A stretch of 64,000 nucleotides of DNA from Abditibacterium sp. (GCA_965199495.1 CBDASK010000003.1:512001-576000), one strand, 5' to 3'. Shown: positions 37,924-48,756, numbered from the stretch's first letter. Notes: generated by a model from the letters alone, not told the origin. Made by a program: numbers and translations.

Positions 37924-38422
37924 CAGCGCTCAAAGTGCGGTGGAGCGCCTTAAAAACGCGTTGACGGCTTCGCAAGCGAACGCGAGATCGTGGTCACGCG
38001 CATTTTTGGGGCACCGCGCGCACTGGTCTGGCGAGCATGGACGAATCCGCAGCACGTCGCCCAATGATGGGGGCCGCACGGTTTCACCACTACGGTTCAC
38101 GAAATGGTGGTGAAGCCGGGCGGCGTCTGGCGCTACACCATGCGCAGCCCGGACGGCACCGATTATCAGCCCCGTCGAGTTCATCGAAATCGTTGAACCG
38201 GAGCGATTGGTGTATTGGCATAGCGACGATTCCAGCGCCCACCAACCGTTTCACGTCACGGTGAGCTTTAACGAACAGAATGAACAAACGAATCTGGTCA
38301 TGCGGTTGTTGTTCCACACCGAAGCCGAACGCGTTCAAATGGTCGATGAGTTCAACGCGATTGAAGGTCTTAACTCGACTCTGGATTGTCTCGCCGAACA
38401 CTTGAAAACGAGGGCCTCATGA
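37920..38422 (+). pseudogene. SRPBCC/AHA1 paralogue (nonsense plus frameshift)
   Basis: TRIFGAPRALVWRAWTNPQHVAQ*WGP; C-terminus in ORF 38207. Confidence 0.75.
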
Positions 38423-38463
38423 GCGATCATGTGCGGCCAAACCAAAATTTAAAAGGAAACACA

Positions 38464-38937
38464 ATGTCAAAAATCACGCCATTTTTATGGTTCGACAATC
38501 AGGCGGAAGAAGCAATGAATTTCTATTGCTCGATCTTCCCCAACTCCAAAGCCGACCCGGTTTCGCGCACAGGCGAAGGCGCGCCGCTTCCTGCGGGCGC
38601 CATCGTGTCGGTCAATTTTGAACTCGATGGGCAGCCGTTCATCGCGTTCAACGGTGGCCCGATGCACACGTTCACGCCCGCGATTTCCCTCTTCGTTTCG
38701 TGCCAGACGCAGGACGAAGTGGACGACTTATGGAACAAGCTATCGCAGGGCGGCGAAGCCGGGCCATGCGGTTGGCTGCGCGACAGGTTCGGCGTATCGT
38801 GGCAAATCATTCCCACCGCACTGGGCGAACTGTTGGGCGATCCCGACAAAAAGAAATCGAGCAACGTTTTGAGCGCGATGTTGCAAATGCAGAAAATCGA
38901 CATCGCCGGGTTGCAGGAAGCGCATAACCGCGAATAG
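38464..38937 (+). CDS. VOC/PhnB-like protein
   Basis: KITPFLWF...CGWLRDRFGVSWQ. Confidence 0.92.
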   Translation: MSKITPFLWFDNQAEEAMNFYCSIFPNSKADPVSRTGEGAPLPAGAIVSVNFELDGQPFIAFNGGPMHTFTPAISLFVSCQTQDEVDDLWNKLSQGGEAGPCGWLRDRFGVSWQIIPTALGELLGDPDKKKSSNVLSAMLQMQKIDIAGLQEAHNRE

Positions 38938-39028
38938 CGGTCGCCATTCAACAATTAAGTTTCAGTCTCTTTGCCTTGTAAAAAGCGGCTGACACCCAAA
39001 TTTACGCACATTCAAACGACATTCAACC

Positions 39029-39919
39029 ATGCAAATACAACCTTACCTCCAATTCAATGGCCGTTGCGAAGAAGCGGTCAACTTTTACCAGAGTGCGCTT
39101 GGCGCGCAAGTTCTCACGCTGTTGCATTTCAAAGATATGCCCGACAACAGCGAAATCACCATGCCCGGCGACCAGGTAATGCACGTCGGCCTTCGTATCG
39201 GCGATAGCACGCTGATGGCGACGGATGGCGGCTTCCAACCCGGCGAGGGCTTCAAAGGCTTCTCGCTCACGCTCGACGTGGCTGATGCAACCGAAGCACA
39301 CCAAAAGTTCGCGGCGCTTGCGGATGGCGGGCAAGTGCAAATGCCGTTGTCCGCTCATTTCTTCTCGTCCTGCTTTGGCGTTGTCACCGACCGCTTCGGC
39401 ATCGCGTGGAACATCAATGTGCCGCTGGAAAACCATCTATTCCTCACGCGCGTTTTCGATGCACCGCGCGAGCTGGTGTGGAAAGCGTGGAGCGACGCGA
39501 AAGCTCTGGCGCAATGGTGGGGGCCAAAAGACTTCTCCACGCGCGTCGAAACACTCGATTTTCGTCCGGGCGGTATTTTTCACTACGCGATGCAAACGCC
39601 CGACGGCGGGCAGATGTGGGGCAAGTTCGTTTACCGCGAGATCGAGCCGCCGGAGCGATTGGTCTTCATGTTGTCGTTCGCCGATGCAGCAGGCAACACC
39701 GTTCGCGCGCCGTTCAGCGACACCCATCCGCTGGAAATTCTCAGCGACGTGACGTTCACCGAACAAGACGGCAAAACCACGATCACGATGCGAAGCGGCC
39801 CCTTCAACGCGACTCAGCAAGAACGCGAAAGCTACGCCGCCATTCTGACCGATATGCGGGAAGGCACCCATGCCACGCTGGACAATCTGGCCGCCTACCT
39901 GGCGAAGGCACGGGCCTAA
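39029..39919 (+). CDS. VOC(PhnB)-SRPBCC fusion protein
   Basis: PYLQFNGRCEEA...DRFGIAW followed by TRVFDAPRELVWKAW. Confidence 0.88.
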   Translation: MQIQPYLQFNGRCEEAVNFYQSALGAQVLTLLHFKDMPDNSEITMPGDQVMHVGLRIGDSTLMATDGGFQPGEGFKGFSLTLDVADATEAHQKFAALADGGQVQMPLSAHFFSSCFGVVTDRFGIAWNINVPLENHLFLTRVFDAPRELVWKAWSDAKALAQWWGPKDFSTRVETLDFRPGGIFHYAMQTPDGGQMWGKFVYREIEPPERLVFMLSFADAAGNTVRAPFSDTHPLEILSDVTFTEQDGKTTITMRSGPFNATQQERESYAAILTDMREGTHATLDNLAAYLAKARA

Positions 39920-39983
39920 ACCGACGATTCGATCCGGCGGCGGACAGCAGCCACGCCGCCGGACGATGGGAGAATCACAGAAT

Positions 39984-40403
39984 ATGACGACCGAACCCAC
40001 CTTGCCGATGAGCGCCCGCCGAGGACGACAAAAGAACCGCGTTACCAGCGCACTGCCCGGCGTCGCGCGCGTGTTGCTGGGATTGTTCCTGCTGGCCAGT
40101 GGCATGGCGGGTCTGTTCCATCTGACGCCACCGCCGCCACCGAATATGCCCGAAGCCGCCGCCGCGTTCGACGCGGGACTGATGCAAGCGGGCTATATGA
40201 TGCCGCTCATCTTCGCAACCCAGGCCGTTGTCGGCGCGCTACTGCTGCTCAACCGTTTCGTGCCACTGGCTCTGGCGCTACTCGCGCCGTTTTTGGTCAA
40301 TGCGTTCGCCTTTCACCTTTTCCTGATGCCACAGGGCTTGTCGTCAAGCGTTTCTGCCGATGCTTTCGATGCGAGTGAACCCCAATGCGCAAAATTTAGA
40401 TGA
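39984..40403 (+). CDS. DoxX-like membrane protein, probably 3'-truncated
   Basis: ARVLLGL...RFVPLAL..LAP..VN...FH. Confidence 0.65.
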   Translation: MTTEPTLPMSARRGRQKNRVTSALPGVARVLLGLFLLASGMAGLFHLTPPPPPNMPEAAAAFDAGLMQAGYMMPLIFATQAVVGALLLLNRFVPLALALLAPFLVNAFAFHLFLMPQGLSSSVSADAFDASEPQCAKFR

Positions 40404-40475
40404 CGTAACTTTCCGTTCTAATTGATTTCGGGAGTTCAGTCGTAACATCTTTATATCATTTAGGAGATATGCCAA

Positions 40476-40898
40476 ATGAAACCAAGAATTTCTGTAATTA
40501 CACTCGGCGTTGAAGATTTGGAGCGTGCTGTTCAGTTCTACCGCGATGGTCTTGGTCTGCCAACCGACGGCATCGTTGGTCAAGAGTTTGAATATGGCGC
40601 CGTCGCGTTTTTTGATTTGCAGACTGGACTGAAACTCGCCGTTTGGCCGCGCAAAAGTATTTCTCACGACTCCGGCCTTCCGTGTGGCGCCCCAAATCCC
40701 ACAGAACTTACCCTTGGACACAATGTTTCGTCGTCTGCCGAAGTTGATGAGGTTATGCAGCAGGCCAAGGACGCGGGGGCAGTTATCGTGAAACCAGCGC
40801 ACGACACATTTTGGGGCGGTTACGCCGGTTATTTTCAAGACCTGGATGGCCATTTATGGGAAGTAGTCTGGAACCCACAGATGCTACCGATGGATTAA
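40476..40898 (+). CDS. VOC/glyoxalase family protein
   Basis: ITLGVEDL...FWGGY.GYF.D.DGHLWE. Confidence 0.92.
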   Translation: MKPRISVITLGVEDLERAVQFYRDGLGLPTDGIVGQEFEYGAVAFFDLQTGLKLAVWPRKSISHDSGLPCGAPNPTELTLGHNVSSSAEVDEVMQQAKDAGAVIVKPAHDTFWGGYAGYFQDLDGHLWEVVWNPQMLPMD

Positions 40899-41007
40899 GG
40901 CAGGGGCAGACGCATAGTAGTTGTCTCGTTTGCGCGCGGCGTTGCTGAAAGCCGTGACATTTGTAGTGGGAAGACGATTGTATAAAGGAGACAGAAGAAA
41001 ACAAAGA

Positions 41008-41565
41008 ATGACAAATAACCATCACACCAAAGTCATTCCCAACAGAACGGCGGAATCAGCCGCTATGGCGGCAAGCGTCACACGAGCTATGGCTATCACC
41101 GCTCATCTCAACCGTTTGACGTTCAGCGATGCGGATGAAATACGAGCCTTGTTCAGCGAACTCATCGGCACGCAAGTGGACGACAGCTTTTTGTTGATTC
41201 CACCGTTCTATACAACCGGCGGCGCTGATATCCGTGTAGGACGTAATGTTTTCGTCAATCAGAACTGCACTTTTTATGACCTTGGCGGACTCGATATTGC
41301 TGACAATGTGATGATCGGGCCAAATGTAAGCCTCATCACGTCTGGTCATCCCATTGAACCCTCTGAGCGCTTCGCTTCCGTAATCGCAAAGCCTATCGTG
41401 ATCGAAAGCAACGTATGGATTGCAGCCGGTGTAATTATCATCGGTGGCGTGACAGTGGGCGAAAACTCGGTGGTCGCGGCTGGCTCAGTTGTCACCAAGG
41501 ATGTGCCCGCAAACACGCTCGTCGGAGGAAATCCAGCGCGAGTCATTCGCTCGATTGGAGATTGA
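41008..41565 (+). CDS. maltose/galactoside O-acetyltransferase (hexapeptide repeat)
   Basis: IGPNV, VAAGSVVTKDVP, GNPARV. Confidence 0.9.
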   Translation: MTNNHHTKVIPNRTAESAAMAASVTRAMAITAHLNRLTFSDADEIRALFSELIGTQVDDSFLLIPPFYTTGGADIRVGRNVFVNQNCTFYDLGGLDIADNVMIGPNVSLITSGHPIEPSERFASVIAKPIVIESNVWIAAGVIIIGGVTVGENSVVAAGSVVTKDVPANTLVGGNPARVIRSIGD

Positions 41566-41801
41566 GGAAACGGAGCCGCTTAAGATACGATTCATCACGC
41601 GGGGCAAATCGCCTATATTCAAACTTTGCTTGGCGATAACGAAATCCACTTTGACGAATCGGCGCTCCCTGACTGGGCTGTGGGGTGACTTTTTCGACGA
41701 TGCGTCGTGTTAGGATGCACAGACGAACCAACACACACGACAAGCTCACGCGCTACGTGCAGAGTTGTTGACGGCACAGATGTGAAACACGTAAAACAAA
41801 T

Positions 41802-42509
41802 ATGATCAATTCCGCCAAAAAATTCGACCCGGCGCGTGCGGGCGAGTATGAACAGCAAAGCCGCATTGCGTTAGCAGGCTATGAAGCGTGCCACGAACTG
41901 ACAGCCTGTATGCTGGCGGCGTCACTCGGAAGCGGTGGCACCGCGAAGATATTAGTTGTGGGCGCTGGCGGCACGGCACGAGAGATTCTTACCGCCGGAA
42001 GGTTGGAACTCGGTTGGCAATTCACAGCGGTCGATCCTTCGCAGCCCATGCTCGACTTGGCCGTTTCCAAATTGCAAGAGCATGGTCTCGACGCGCGCAC
42101 GCACGTTCATTTGGGCACTGTGGACGATCTTCCTCCCGACGAGCGTTTCGATGCAGCCACGTTGATCGGCGTGTTGCATCACTTGCCGGGCGACGAGGCA
42201 AAGCAGGCCATTTTACGTTCTATCGCAGCCAAGCTCAAACCCAATGCGCCGCTCATTTTGGCCTGTAATCATTACGCCTATGCCAGCCAGCCGCTTTTGC
42301 TAACGGCTTGGGGCGAGCGTTGGCGGATGAATGGCGCAGCTCCCGATGAAGTCAAAAGCAAACTCGCCAAGATTCTTCAGGGAGCCGACCCGCCGCATTC
42401 GGAAGAAGCTGTCGCCCTATTGCTCAAAAACGCGGGCTTTGAGCCGCCGCTGCGGTTCTTTTCCAGCCTGTTTTGGGGCGCGTGGCTGTCACTGCACGCG
42501 GCAACGTAA
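41802..42509 (+). CDS. class I SAM-dependent methyltransferase
   Basis: ILVVGAGG, VDPSQPML. Confidence 0.88.
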   Translation: MINSAKKFDPARAGEYEQQSRIALAGYEACHELTACMLAASLGSGGTAKILVVGAGGTAREILTAGRLELGWQFTAVDPSQPMLDLAVSKLQEHGLDARTHVHLGTVDDLPPDERFDAATLIGVLHHLPGDEAKQAILRSIAAKLKPNAPLILACNHYAYASQPLLLTAWGERWRMNGAAPDEVKSKLAKILQGADPPHSEEAVALLLKNAGFEPPLRFFSSLFWGAWLSLHAAT

Positions 42510-42518
42510 ACAACGTTC

Positions 42519-43068
42519 TCAGATGTTTTTGACTACATCGGGGCCGGTAACGATTTCAGAACTTTCGCAGTCCCATCCCAACCAAAGATCGAGCTTGCCC
42601 ACGGCACGAACTTTAGTCAACTTGATGTCGGGATTTATGTTCGCGCCGAGAATTATTTTTGCGCCCAAGTGCCCGCAGAAATCCCGGAAGTTCGCAAAAT
42701 TCCTGTGCTTACTGCTACCGACTGGCTCTCCAAAGTTTTGCACCAGCATTAGAGCCCTTCCTATGACTCAGGCTACACCTGCGGGGCTAATGCCCTCTTC
42801 CAATCGGCGAAGTTCCTCGAAAGCGCGCCGATTGGAAGAGGGCGTTAGCCCCGCCGAGCATTGTAGCTCTCAAGTTAGGAAAGGCTATACCACCGAAGTC
42901 GCGTAGAAACGCCGCGCTTCTAATAGATAGAGCAGCGGCAGTGTGGTAAAACAGTTGGCAACGCAAATTGCTCAAGTCCGCGAAGTCGTCATGGGGCTTT
43001 AGACCAAGCGAGTCGCATAAACCCCGCAAAAGTGTCTGGCGCTCTGTGACACGCCAAGCGCCAGACAC
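42519..43068 (-). pseudogene. DUF6946-like gene fragment interrupted by a MITE
   Basis: LRCQLFYHTAAAL-LEARRF...VMLVQNF...LWLGW after removing the insertion. Confidence 0.6.
42752..42887. mobile_element. 136-bp composite MITE with TA target duplication
   Basis: outer imperfect TIR, inner 29-bp inverted repeat (42781-42809 / 42826-42854), TA at 42750-51 and 42888-89. Confidence 0.8.
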
Positions 43069-43116
43069 GCCTGAGGCGCCGTAATGGCTGATGATGGCGC
43101 TGATTTAATCAGAGCT

Positions 43117-43352
43117 TCGATCATCTCGAACTTCCGATTGGGTTGTCTGCCGAGAAGAGTGAAATAGCCTTTTTTAAATGTTGCGCTGGCGCGCCAACGC
43201 TTCGATCTTGCGGCGCAAACGGCCCTTCTCTATAGCCAGTCCCAAGGCGTTGAGTTCATCGGGAGCGGTCAATAGGTCCGCGTTTTGACTTTCTAACTCT
43301 TTGCGCCAGCGATTCAGGCTCCAGTCACTCACGTTCAGCTCGGCAGCCACGC
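43117..43352 (-). mobile_element. IS3-family OrfA transposase fragment
   Basis: VAAELNVSDWSLNRWRK...LRRKIEALARQRNI.KKAI. Confidence 0.7.
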
Positions 43353-43457
43353 CTAAGGAACTCTATGGAAGCCGCCTCTGCTCGAATAATTCGCCGAATT
43401 TTGGTCACAGATTTGGCACCTCAAAAATTGCCAGTAGAAATAGCCTTTAGCTGCGGA

Positions 43458-43978
43458 TTAACAACTGTTGATCAGCAGTGTGGTAGCAGCTATGGCAAGA
43501 AGCACCATCAAAGTATCTTCGGCACTCGATCCAGTAGTAATGCGCCATTTCTGCTTCAGCAGGTAAAACCTTTTGGTATCTGGATAAAACAGCCGAATCC
43601 CGCTTTTGGTCGCCGCATCACCAAGCAGGGAACTGGCGTAACCAAGAACCAAAGCCATAACTGGCGCCCAGCCAATCCAAAGTAATAAAGGCGCCGACAC
43701 GAACGTAATCATGCCTATCCCCCGGACTGAATGAAGCAATCCGCGATGTTGATCCGTGCGATGCACGACCTGAGCGGGTAACAAGAACGGTTTAAAGTTG
43801 GTGCCGAGGATTTTGAGATGCTTAATTTTAGACTCCGAGGCGTCGAGGTCAGGCAGCAACGCGCCTAAAACAGCACACGCAGCCAACGTCCCCATATCGG
43901 ATCCAACGTATTCTGCGGGAATGAGCGCAAAACCCAAAGCGAGTTGATACCCAAAAAAGAGTGTGTTGGCCAGGTCAT
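43458..43978 (-). pseudogene. YdjM-like hydrolase copy 2, 1-nt frameshift near 43930
   Basis: MTWPTHSFLGINSLW then ALIPAEY...GALLPDLDASESKIKHLK; close paralogue of 5654-6181. Confidence 0.85.
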
Positions 43979-44002
43979 ATCGCCTCCTTTCCGGCGACTC
44001 TC

Positions 44003-44110
44003 ACGCTTGCGCTGAGAACTTGAGCGACCGCGCCGACTGCCAATTGGAACCGGTAAATCAATGGTTCGCAATTATGGGGGCGAGGCCAGAATAACCGAAC
44101 AAAACCCGAA
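44003..44110 (-). repeat. conserved junction element copy 2
   Basis: ungapped alignment to copies 1 and 3; the peptide stop overlaps the YdjM-like ATG. Confidence 0.9.
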
Positions 44111-44143
44111 CTTCTCGAATTGAGAAGTTCGGGTTTTGTTTTT
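44098..44143. terminator. intrinsic terminator-like hairpin
   Basis: AACAAAACCCGAACTTCTC-gaatt-GAGAAGTTCGGGTTTTGTT plus T run. Confidence 0.75.
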
Positions 44144-44597
44144 GGTCACATAAACTCAATTTGTTGATAGCAACCATTTAATAATTATTAAAATTCGCAT
44201 TCTAATTGTCATGCTTTAAATGATAGTTACTGCCATTGCGCGCGGTTTAGCTATCTGTCAAAATGGTTGATTGAAGTAAAAATTTATCGTTTAGAATTTC
44301 GCTGACCCGCAGTTCGCCCGACTGAAATCGGCGTTGCCCGATTTGAAAAATAACGGTCGAATTCGACGATTCAACCCGACAATTAAAGCCGAGGGCTTTA
44401 TAATCAAGCGTTTTTGTTATTGTCGTGAGCAATGAACTTCTGCGATTTCGTCTTTCTAATCTTTATTTTCCATTACTCTTTGCGTTGCGTTTTCGCATTT
44501 ACAAAAGGAGCCGGATGTAAGATACGCATACTTCGTTTACCTCTAATTAAGGTTGATGATTTTGCTCGCTGGCGCCACTTCAGGCTTTGATCACGCC

Positions 44598-47405
44598 ATG
44601 AATCTCTCTTCTTCTCACGATTCTTCCCGTTTTGGTTTAATAGCGGCCTGGCAATGGTGCCTGAAGATTTTATTGACGCGCACGATTTGGGTGCTGACGC
44701 TTTTGTTTTGCTTCAGCGCCGGTTTGGTGTTCTGGCATTTTTCTCGGCTTTCGTCGGAACTCATGCGTTTGTCGGCGCTGCAAAGTGCGCCCGAATACTC
44801 CAAAATTCTGACCGAAACGCGCGCTTTTTACACCTCCGACGTGGCGGGCCGCGCGCGCGGTCATGGCGTTGATGTCACTCCCAATTACAAGAAGAAAGCG
44901 GGTTCGATCCCGATTCCCACGACCTTCACGTTAGAACTTGGCGAACGATTGAGCGCCAATGAAAAAGGCGTCAAGGTGCGGCTTTATTCGCAGTATCCGT
45001 GGCCGCAACGCCGCAAGACGGGCGGGCCGCGCGACCAATACGAAACCGAAGCTCTGCGTTATTTAATAGGAAATCCCGACAAGGAATTCGTAAGTTTCGA
45101 GAATTATAAAGGCCGTCCCTCAATTCGCTACTCGACCGCCGACATCATGCGACCCGCTTGCGTTTCCTGCCATAACACGCGAGCCGACAGCCCCAAAAAA
45201 AATTGGAAAGTTGGCGATGTGCGCGGCGTGCTCGAAGTCGTGCGGCCTCTGGATAAAGTCGTCGCGCAGACCAACGACGGGTTGCGCGGCACTTTTATGC
45301 TGATGTTTTTGCTGGGCGCTATCAGTCTGGCTTCCATGTCGCTGGTGTTTGGCAACCTGCGGCGCAACGCGCGCGAACTCGAAGGCCGCGTTGCGGAGCG
45401 CACGCAGGATTTGAGTCATGCCAACGCCGAACTGGCGCTCGCCAAGGAAGCCGCCGAAGACGCCAACCGTTCCAAAAGCGCGTTTCTGGCGACGATGAGC
45501 CACGAAATTCGCACCCCGATGAACGCCGTCATCGGCATGAGCGGTTTGTTGCTCGATACGCCACTCAGCACCGACCAGCGCGAGTTTGCCGGTCTAATTC
45601 AGCACAGCGGCGATGCACTTTTAGGCATTATCAACGACGTTTTAGACTTTTCCAAAATCGAGGCCGGGCACATGGAACTCGAATCTCAGGCGCTCGATTT
45701 GTGCGACTGCATCGAATCGGCGTTCGATATGGTCGCCATGCGCGCGGGCGAAAAAGGTCTGGAATTGGTCTACGATTCCGGCCCGTGCACCGACGGCGGC
45801 TCGGATGTTCCGCAGGCCATCATGGGCGACGTAACGCGGTTGCGCCAGATTCTGATTAATCTGCTGGCCAACGCGGTCAAGTTCACTCCGGCGGGCGAAA
45901 TCGCGCTCACCGTAGCGGCGCGCAAATTGGCGGAGCGTGAATACGAATTGAATTTTGCCGTGCGCGATACCGGCATCGGCATCGCGCCCGACCGCATGAA
46001 CCGTTTGTTCAAATCGTTCAGCCAGGTTGATGCCTCGATTACGCGCCAATACGGAGGCAGCGGTTTGGGCCTCACCATTTCCAAAAGGTTGTGCGAAATG
46101 ATGGGCGGCACGATGTGGGCAGAAAGCGACGGCGAAGGCCGGGGTTCGACATTTCATTTTTCGATTCGAGCCGAAGCCGTCGAAGCGCCGCCACGCCGTC
46201 ACCGCCAAATCGGTGCGGCCTCATCATTGGAAGCCCGACGCGTTTTGATCGTGGATGATAACGCCGCCAACCGCCGCATTTTGTCGCTGCAAGTGCAATC
46301 GTGGGGCATGAGGGCGCGCGCGACCGCGTTGCCGAGCGAGGCGCTGCAATGGCTGCGCGCGGGCGACCCGTTCGACATCGCCATTCTCGACTTTCAAATG
46401 CCCGGCATGGACGGATTGATGCTCGCCCACGAAATTCGTCATCTGCGCGACGCCGAAACGTTGCCGCTGGTGATGTGCACCTCCATCGGACGGCGCCTGA
46501 CCGATGCCGACAGCTTCGATTGGGCCGCATTTTTGACCAAACCCATCAAAGCCTCGCAACTCTTCGACGCCCTGGTGAACGCGTTGGAAGAGGAAACGGA
46601 TTCGGCGCCGCTCGAAGTCGCGGCGCCCGAAACTTCGGCGCCGCGAGTTGCCACCGTGCCGCTGCAAATTTTGTTGGCCGAAGATAACGCGGTCAACCAA
46701 AAAGTCGCGCTGCGCCTGTTGGATCGGTTGGGCTACGGCGCCGATGTCGCGGGCAACGGCGTGGAGGCACTGCAAGCGTTGGAGCGGCAAACTTACGACG
46801 TGGTGTTGATGGACGTGCAGATGCCGGAAATGGACGGCTTGGAAGCCTCGCGCCGCATCTGCCAAACTTATGCGCGCAACCGGCGACCGCGCCTTATCGC
46901 CATGACTGCCAACGCCATGCAGGGCGACCGCGAGATGTGTCTGCAAGCGGGCATGGACGATTATCTGAGCAAACCGGTGCGCAGCGAAGAACTCGCCGCC
47001 GCACTGTCGCGTTGCCAGCCGCTCGCCGCCGCGCTGCAAACTCCGGCACAAACCGAGGCGGCGCCCGTGGCTACTTCCCAGGACGAAGAGGTTTTGGACG
47101 CCGAAATTCTAAGCCAATTTCGGGAAGCGATGGGCGAAGATTTCATGCCCGAACTGATCGAGGCTTACGTGCAGGATTCGCAAGCGCTAACCGAGGCGAT
47201 GCAAAACGCGCTCGCCGGTGGCGACGACGAAGCGCTACGCCGCGCCGCGCATACTTTGAAATCGAACAGCGCCAGCGTGGGCGCGACTCGACTGGCGGCG
47301 CTGTGCCGCGAACTGGAACAATCGGGCCTCACGGACGAAGCCGCAGACCGCGTGCAACACGTCGCCATCGAGCGCGATAAAGTGCGGCGGGCGCTGGAAA
47401 ACTAA
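44598..47405 (+). CDS. hybrid sensor kinase: haem-c (DUF3365/Tll0287-like) sensor, HisKA, HATPase, 2x REC, Hpt
   Basis: CVSCH between two TM helices; [15 protein letters not shown]; two receiver domains; AHTLKS. Confidence 0.93.
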   Translation: MNLSSSHDSSRFGLIAAWQWCLKILLTRTIWVLTLLFCFSAGLVFWHFSRLSSELMRLSALQSAPEYSKILTETRAFYTSDVAGRARGHGVDVTPNYKKKAGSIPIPTTFTLELGERLSANEKGVKVRLYSQYPWPQRRKTGGPRDQYETEALRYLIGNPDKEFVSFENYKGRPSIRYSTADIMRPACVSCHNTRADSPKKNWKVGDVRGVLEVVRPLDKVVAQTNDGLRGTFMLMFLLGAISLASMSLVFGNLRRNARELEGRVAERTQDLSHANAELALAKEAAEDANRSKSAFLATMSHEIRTPMNAVIGMSGLLLDTPLSTDQREFAGLIQHSGDALLGIINDVLDFSKIEAGHMELESQALDLCDCIESAFDMVAMRAGEKGLELVYDSGPCTDGGSDVPQAIMGDVTRLRQILINLLANAVKFTPAGEIALTVAARKLAEREYELNFAVRDTGIGIAPDRMNRLFKSFSQVDASITRQYGGSGLGLTISKRLCEMMGGTMWAESDGEGRGSTFHFSIRAEAVEAPPRRHRQIGAASSLEARRVLIVDDNAANRRILSLQVQSWGMRARATALPSEALQWLRAGDPFDIAILDFQMPGMDGLMLAHEIRHLRDAETLPLVMCTSIGRRLTDADSFDWAAFLTKPIKASQLFDALVNALEEETDSAPLEVAAPETSAPRVATVPLQILLAEDNAVNQKVALRLLDRLGYGADVAGNGVEALQALERQTYDVVLMDVQMPEMDGLEASRRICQTYARNRRPRLIAMTANAMQGDREMCLQAGMDDYLSKPVRSEELAAALSRCQPLAAALQTPAQTEAAPVATSQDEEVLDAEILSQFREAMGEDFMPELIEAYVQDSQALTEAMQNALAGGDDEALRRAAHTLKSNSASVGATRLAALCRELEQSGLTDEAADRVQHVAIERDKVRRALEN

Positions 47406-47408
47406 AAA

Positions 47409-48566
47409 ATGGCGGCTACAATCCCGCCCTTTTTACCTCTTATGAACACTCACCCCGGCACACTTTTGGTCGTGGACGATGACCGGATGCAACGCATGAT
47501 TTTATCGCGTTGCCTGAGTCAACAAGGCCACACCGTCGAGGCCGTCGAAAACGGTGCGCAGGCCTTATCGCGGCTGCTCGATCAGAAATTCGACGCGGTT
47601 TTACTCGACGTCAAAATGCCCGAAATGGACGGTTTTGAAGTGCTGGAACGCATTATGAACCACCAGACTTTAAAGCAAATTCCCGTTATCATGGTATCGG
47701 GCGTCGAAGAGATGGGCGGCGTGGTTGCGTGCATCGAGATGGGCGCAGCGGACTATTTGTATAAACCGTTCGATCCTTCGCTGCTACGCGCGCGCATCCA
47801 AAATTGTCTGGAAAAGAAGCGCTCCCACGACCAGGAAATCTCGCTGCGCGCTCAACTTCAGGACAAATATAATCAGTTGAGCGAACTGGAAAAGTTGCGC
47901 GACAGCCTGACCAGCATGATCGTCCATGACCTGCGCACGCCGCTGACTTCGCTGCTGACGGGACTGCAAACTGTCGAAATGGTTGGCGAACTCAACGACG
48001 ACCAGAAAGAAATTTTTCAGTTGTCCATAGACGGCGGCGAGCAGTTGTTGTCCATGATCAACGATTTACTCGACGTTTCCAAAATGGAAGACGGCTCGAT
48101 GACGCTCGACCGACAACCCGTCGAAATTCCCGAATTAGTGAGCGGCGCGTTGCGCCAAGTCGCTCCGTTGGCGCAGGAAAAACGCATCGCGCTCACGACT
48201 CAACTCGCGCCCGATTTGCCGTCGCTCGCCCTCGACGAAAACAAACTGACGCGCACCATTGTGAATCTGCTGGGCAACGCTCTCAAATTCACGCCCGTGG
48301 ATGGCGCGGTCACCGTCACGGCGAAACACGAGAACGATGAATGCGTTTTAAGCGTGCGCGATAACGGCGAAGGCATTCCACGCGAGGCGTTCGAGCGCGT
48401 TTTCGAGAAATTTGGCCAAGTGGAGACGCGCAAGGCGGGCCGCAAAATGTCCACCGGACTGGGCCTGACGTTTTGCAAACTCGTCGTCGAAGCCCACGAC
48501 GGACGCATCTGGGTCGAAAGCGAAATCGGTCAGGGCAGCACGTTCTCTTTCGCCCTGCCCTGTTGA
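47409..48566 (+). CDS. REC-HisKA-HATPase hybrid kinase
   Basis: LVVDDD, LLDVKMP, HDLRTPL, GLGL. Confidence 0.93.
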   Translation: MAATIPPFLPLMNTHPGTLLVVDDDRMQRMILSRCLSQQGHTVEAVENGAQALSRLLDQKFDAVLLDVKMPEMDGFEVLERIMNHQTLKQIPVIMVSGVEEMGGVVACIEMGAADYLYKPFDPSLLRARIQNCLEKKRSHDQEISLRAQLQDKYNQLSELEKLRDSLTSMIVHDLRTPLTSLLTGLQTVEMVGELNDDQKEIFQLSIDGGEQLLSMINDLLDVSKMEDGSMTLDRQPVEIPELVSGALRQVAPLAQEKRIALTTQLAPDLPSLALDENKLTRTIVNLLGNALKFTPVDGAVTVTAKHENDECVLSVRDNGEGIPREAFERVFEKFGQVETRKAGRKMSTGLGLTFCKLVVEAHDGRIWVESEIGQGSTFSFALPC

Positions 48567-48756
48567 AGTTCATTCACAAAACATACGCTAAGTTTGAACC
48601 AATTTTCGTATTTTGAGAGCGTAAAGACCGAGGAACACGCTGCACCACCCGACCATCATCGAGAAATAGTAATAATTGGAAATCTGGTTGAGTTCCACAT
48701 CTCAGCTTTGCAGCGATTTTCTTGAAATATCGCTTTACAGAGAAACAGAGCCCTTT

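Noticed and set aside
28948..42509. Classical integron cassette array (GNAT, VOC, DinB, SnoaL genes)
   Set aside because: There is no intI and no convincing repeated attC; orientations are mixed and several genes form regulated operons.
44097..44111. GAAC-N7-GAAC as a LexA box upstream of the YdjM-like gene
   Set aside because: It is perfect in only one of three copies, overlaps the terminator arm, and the LexA motif of this lineage is unknown to me.
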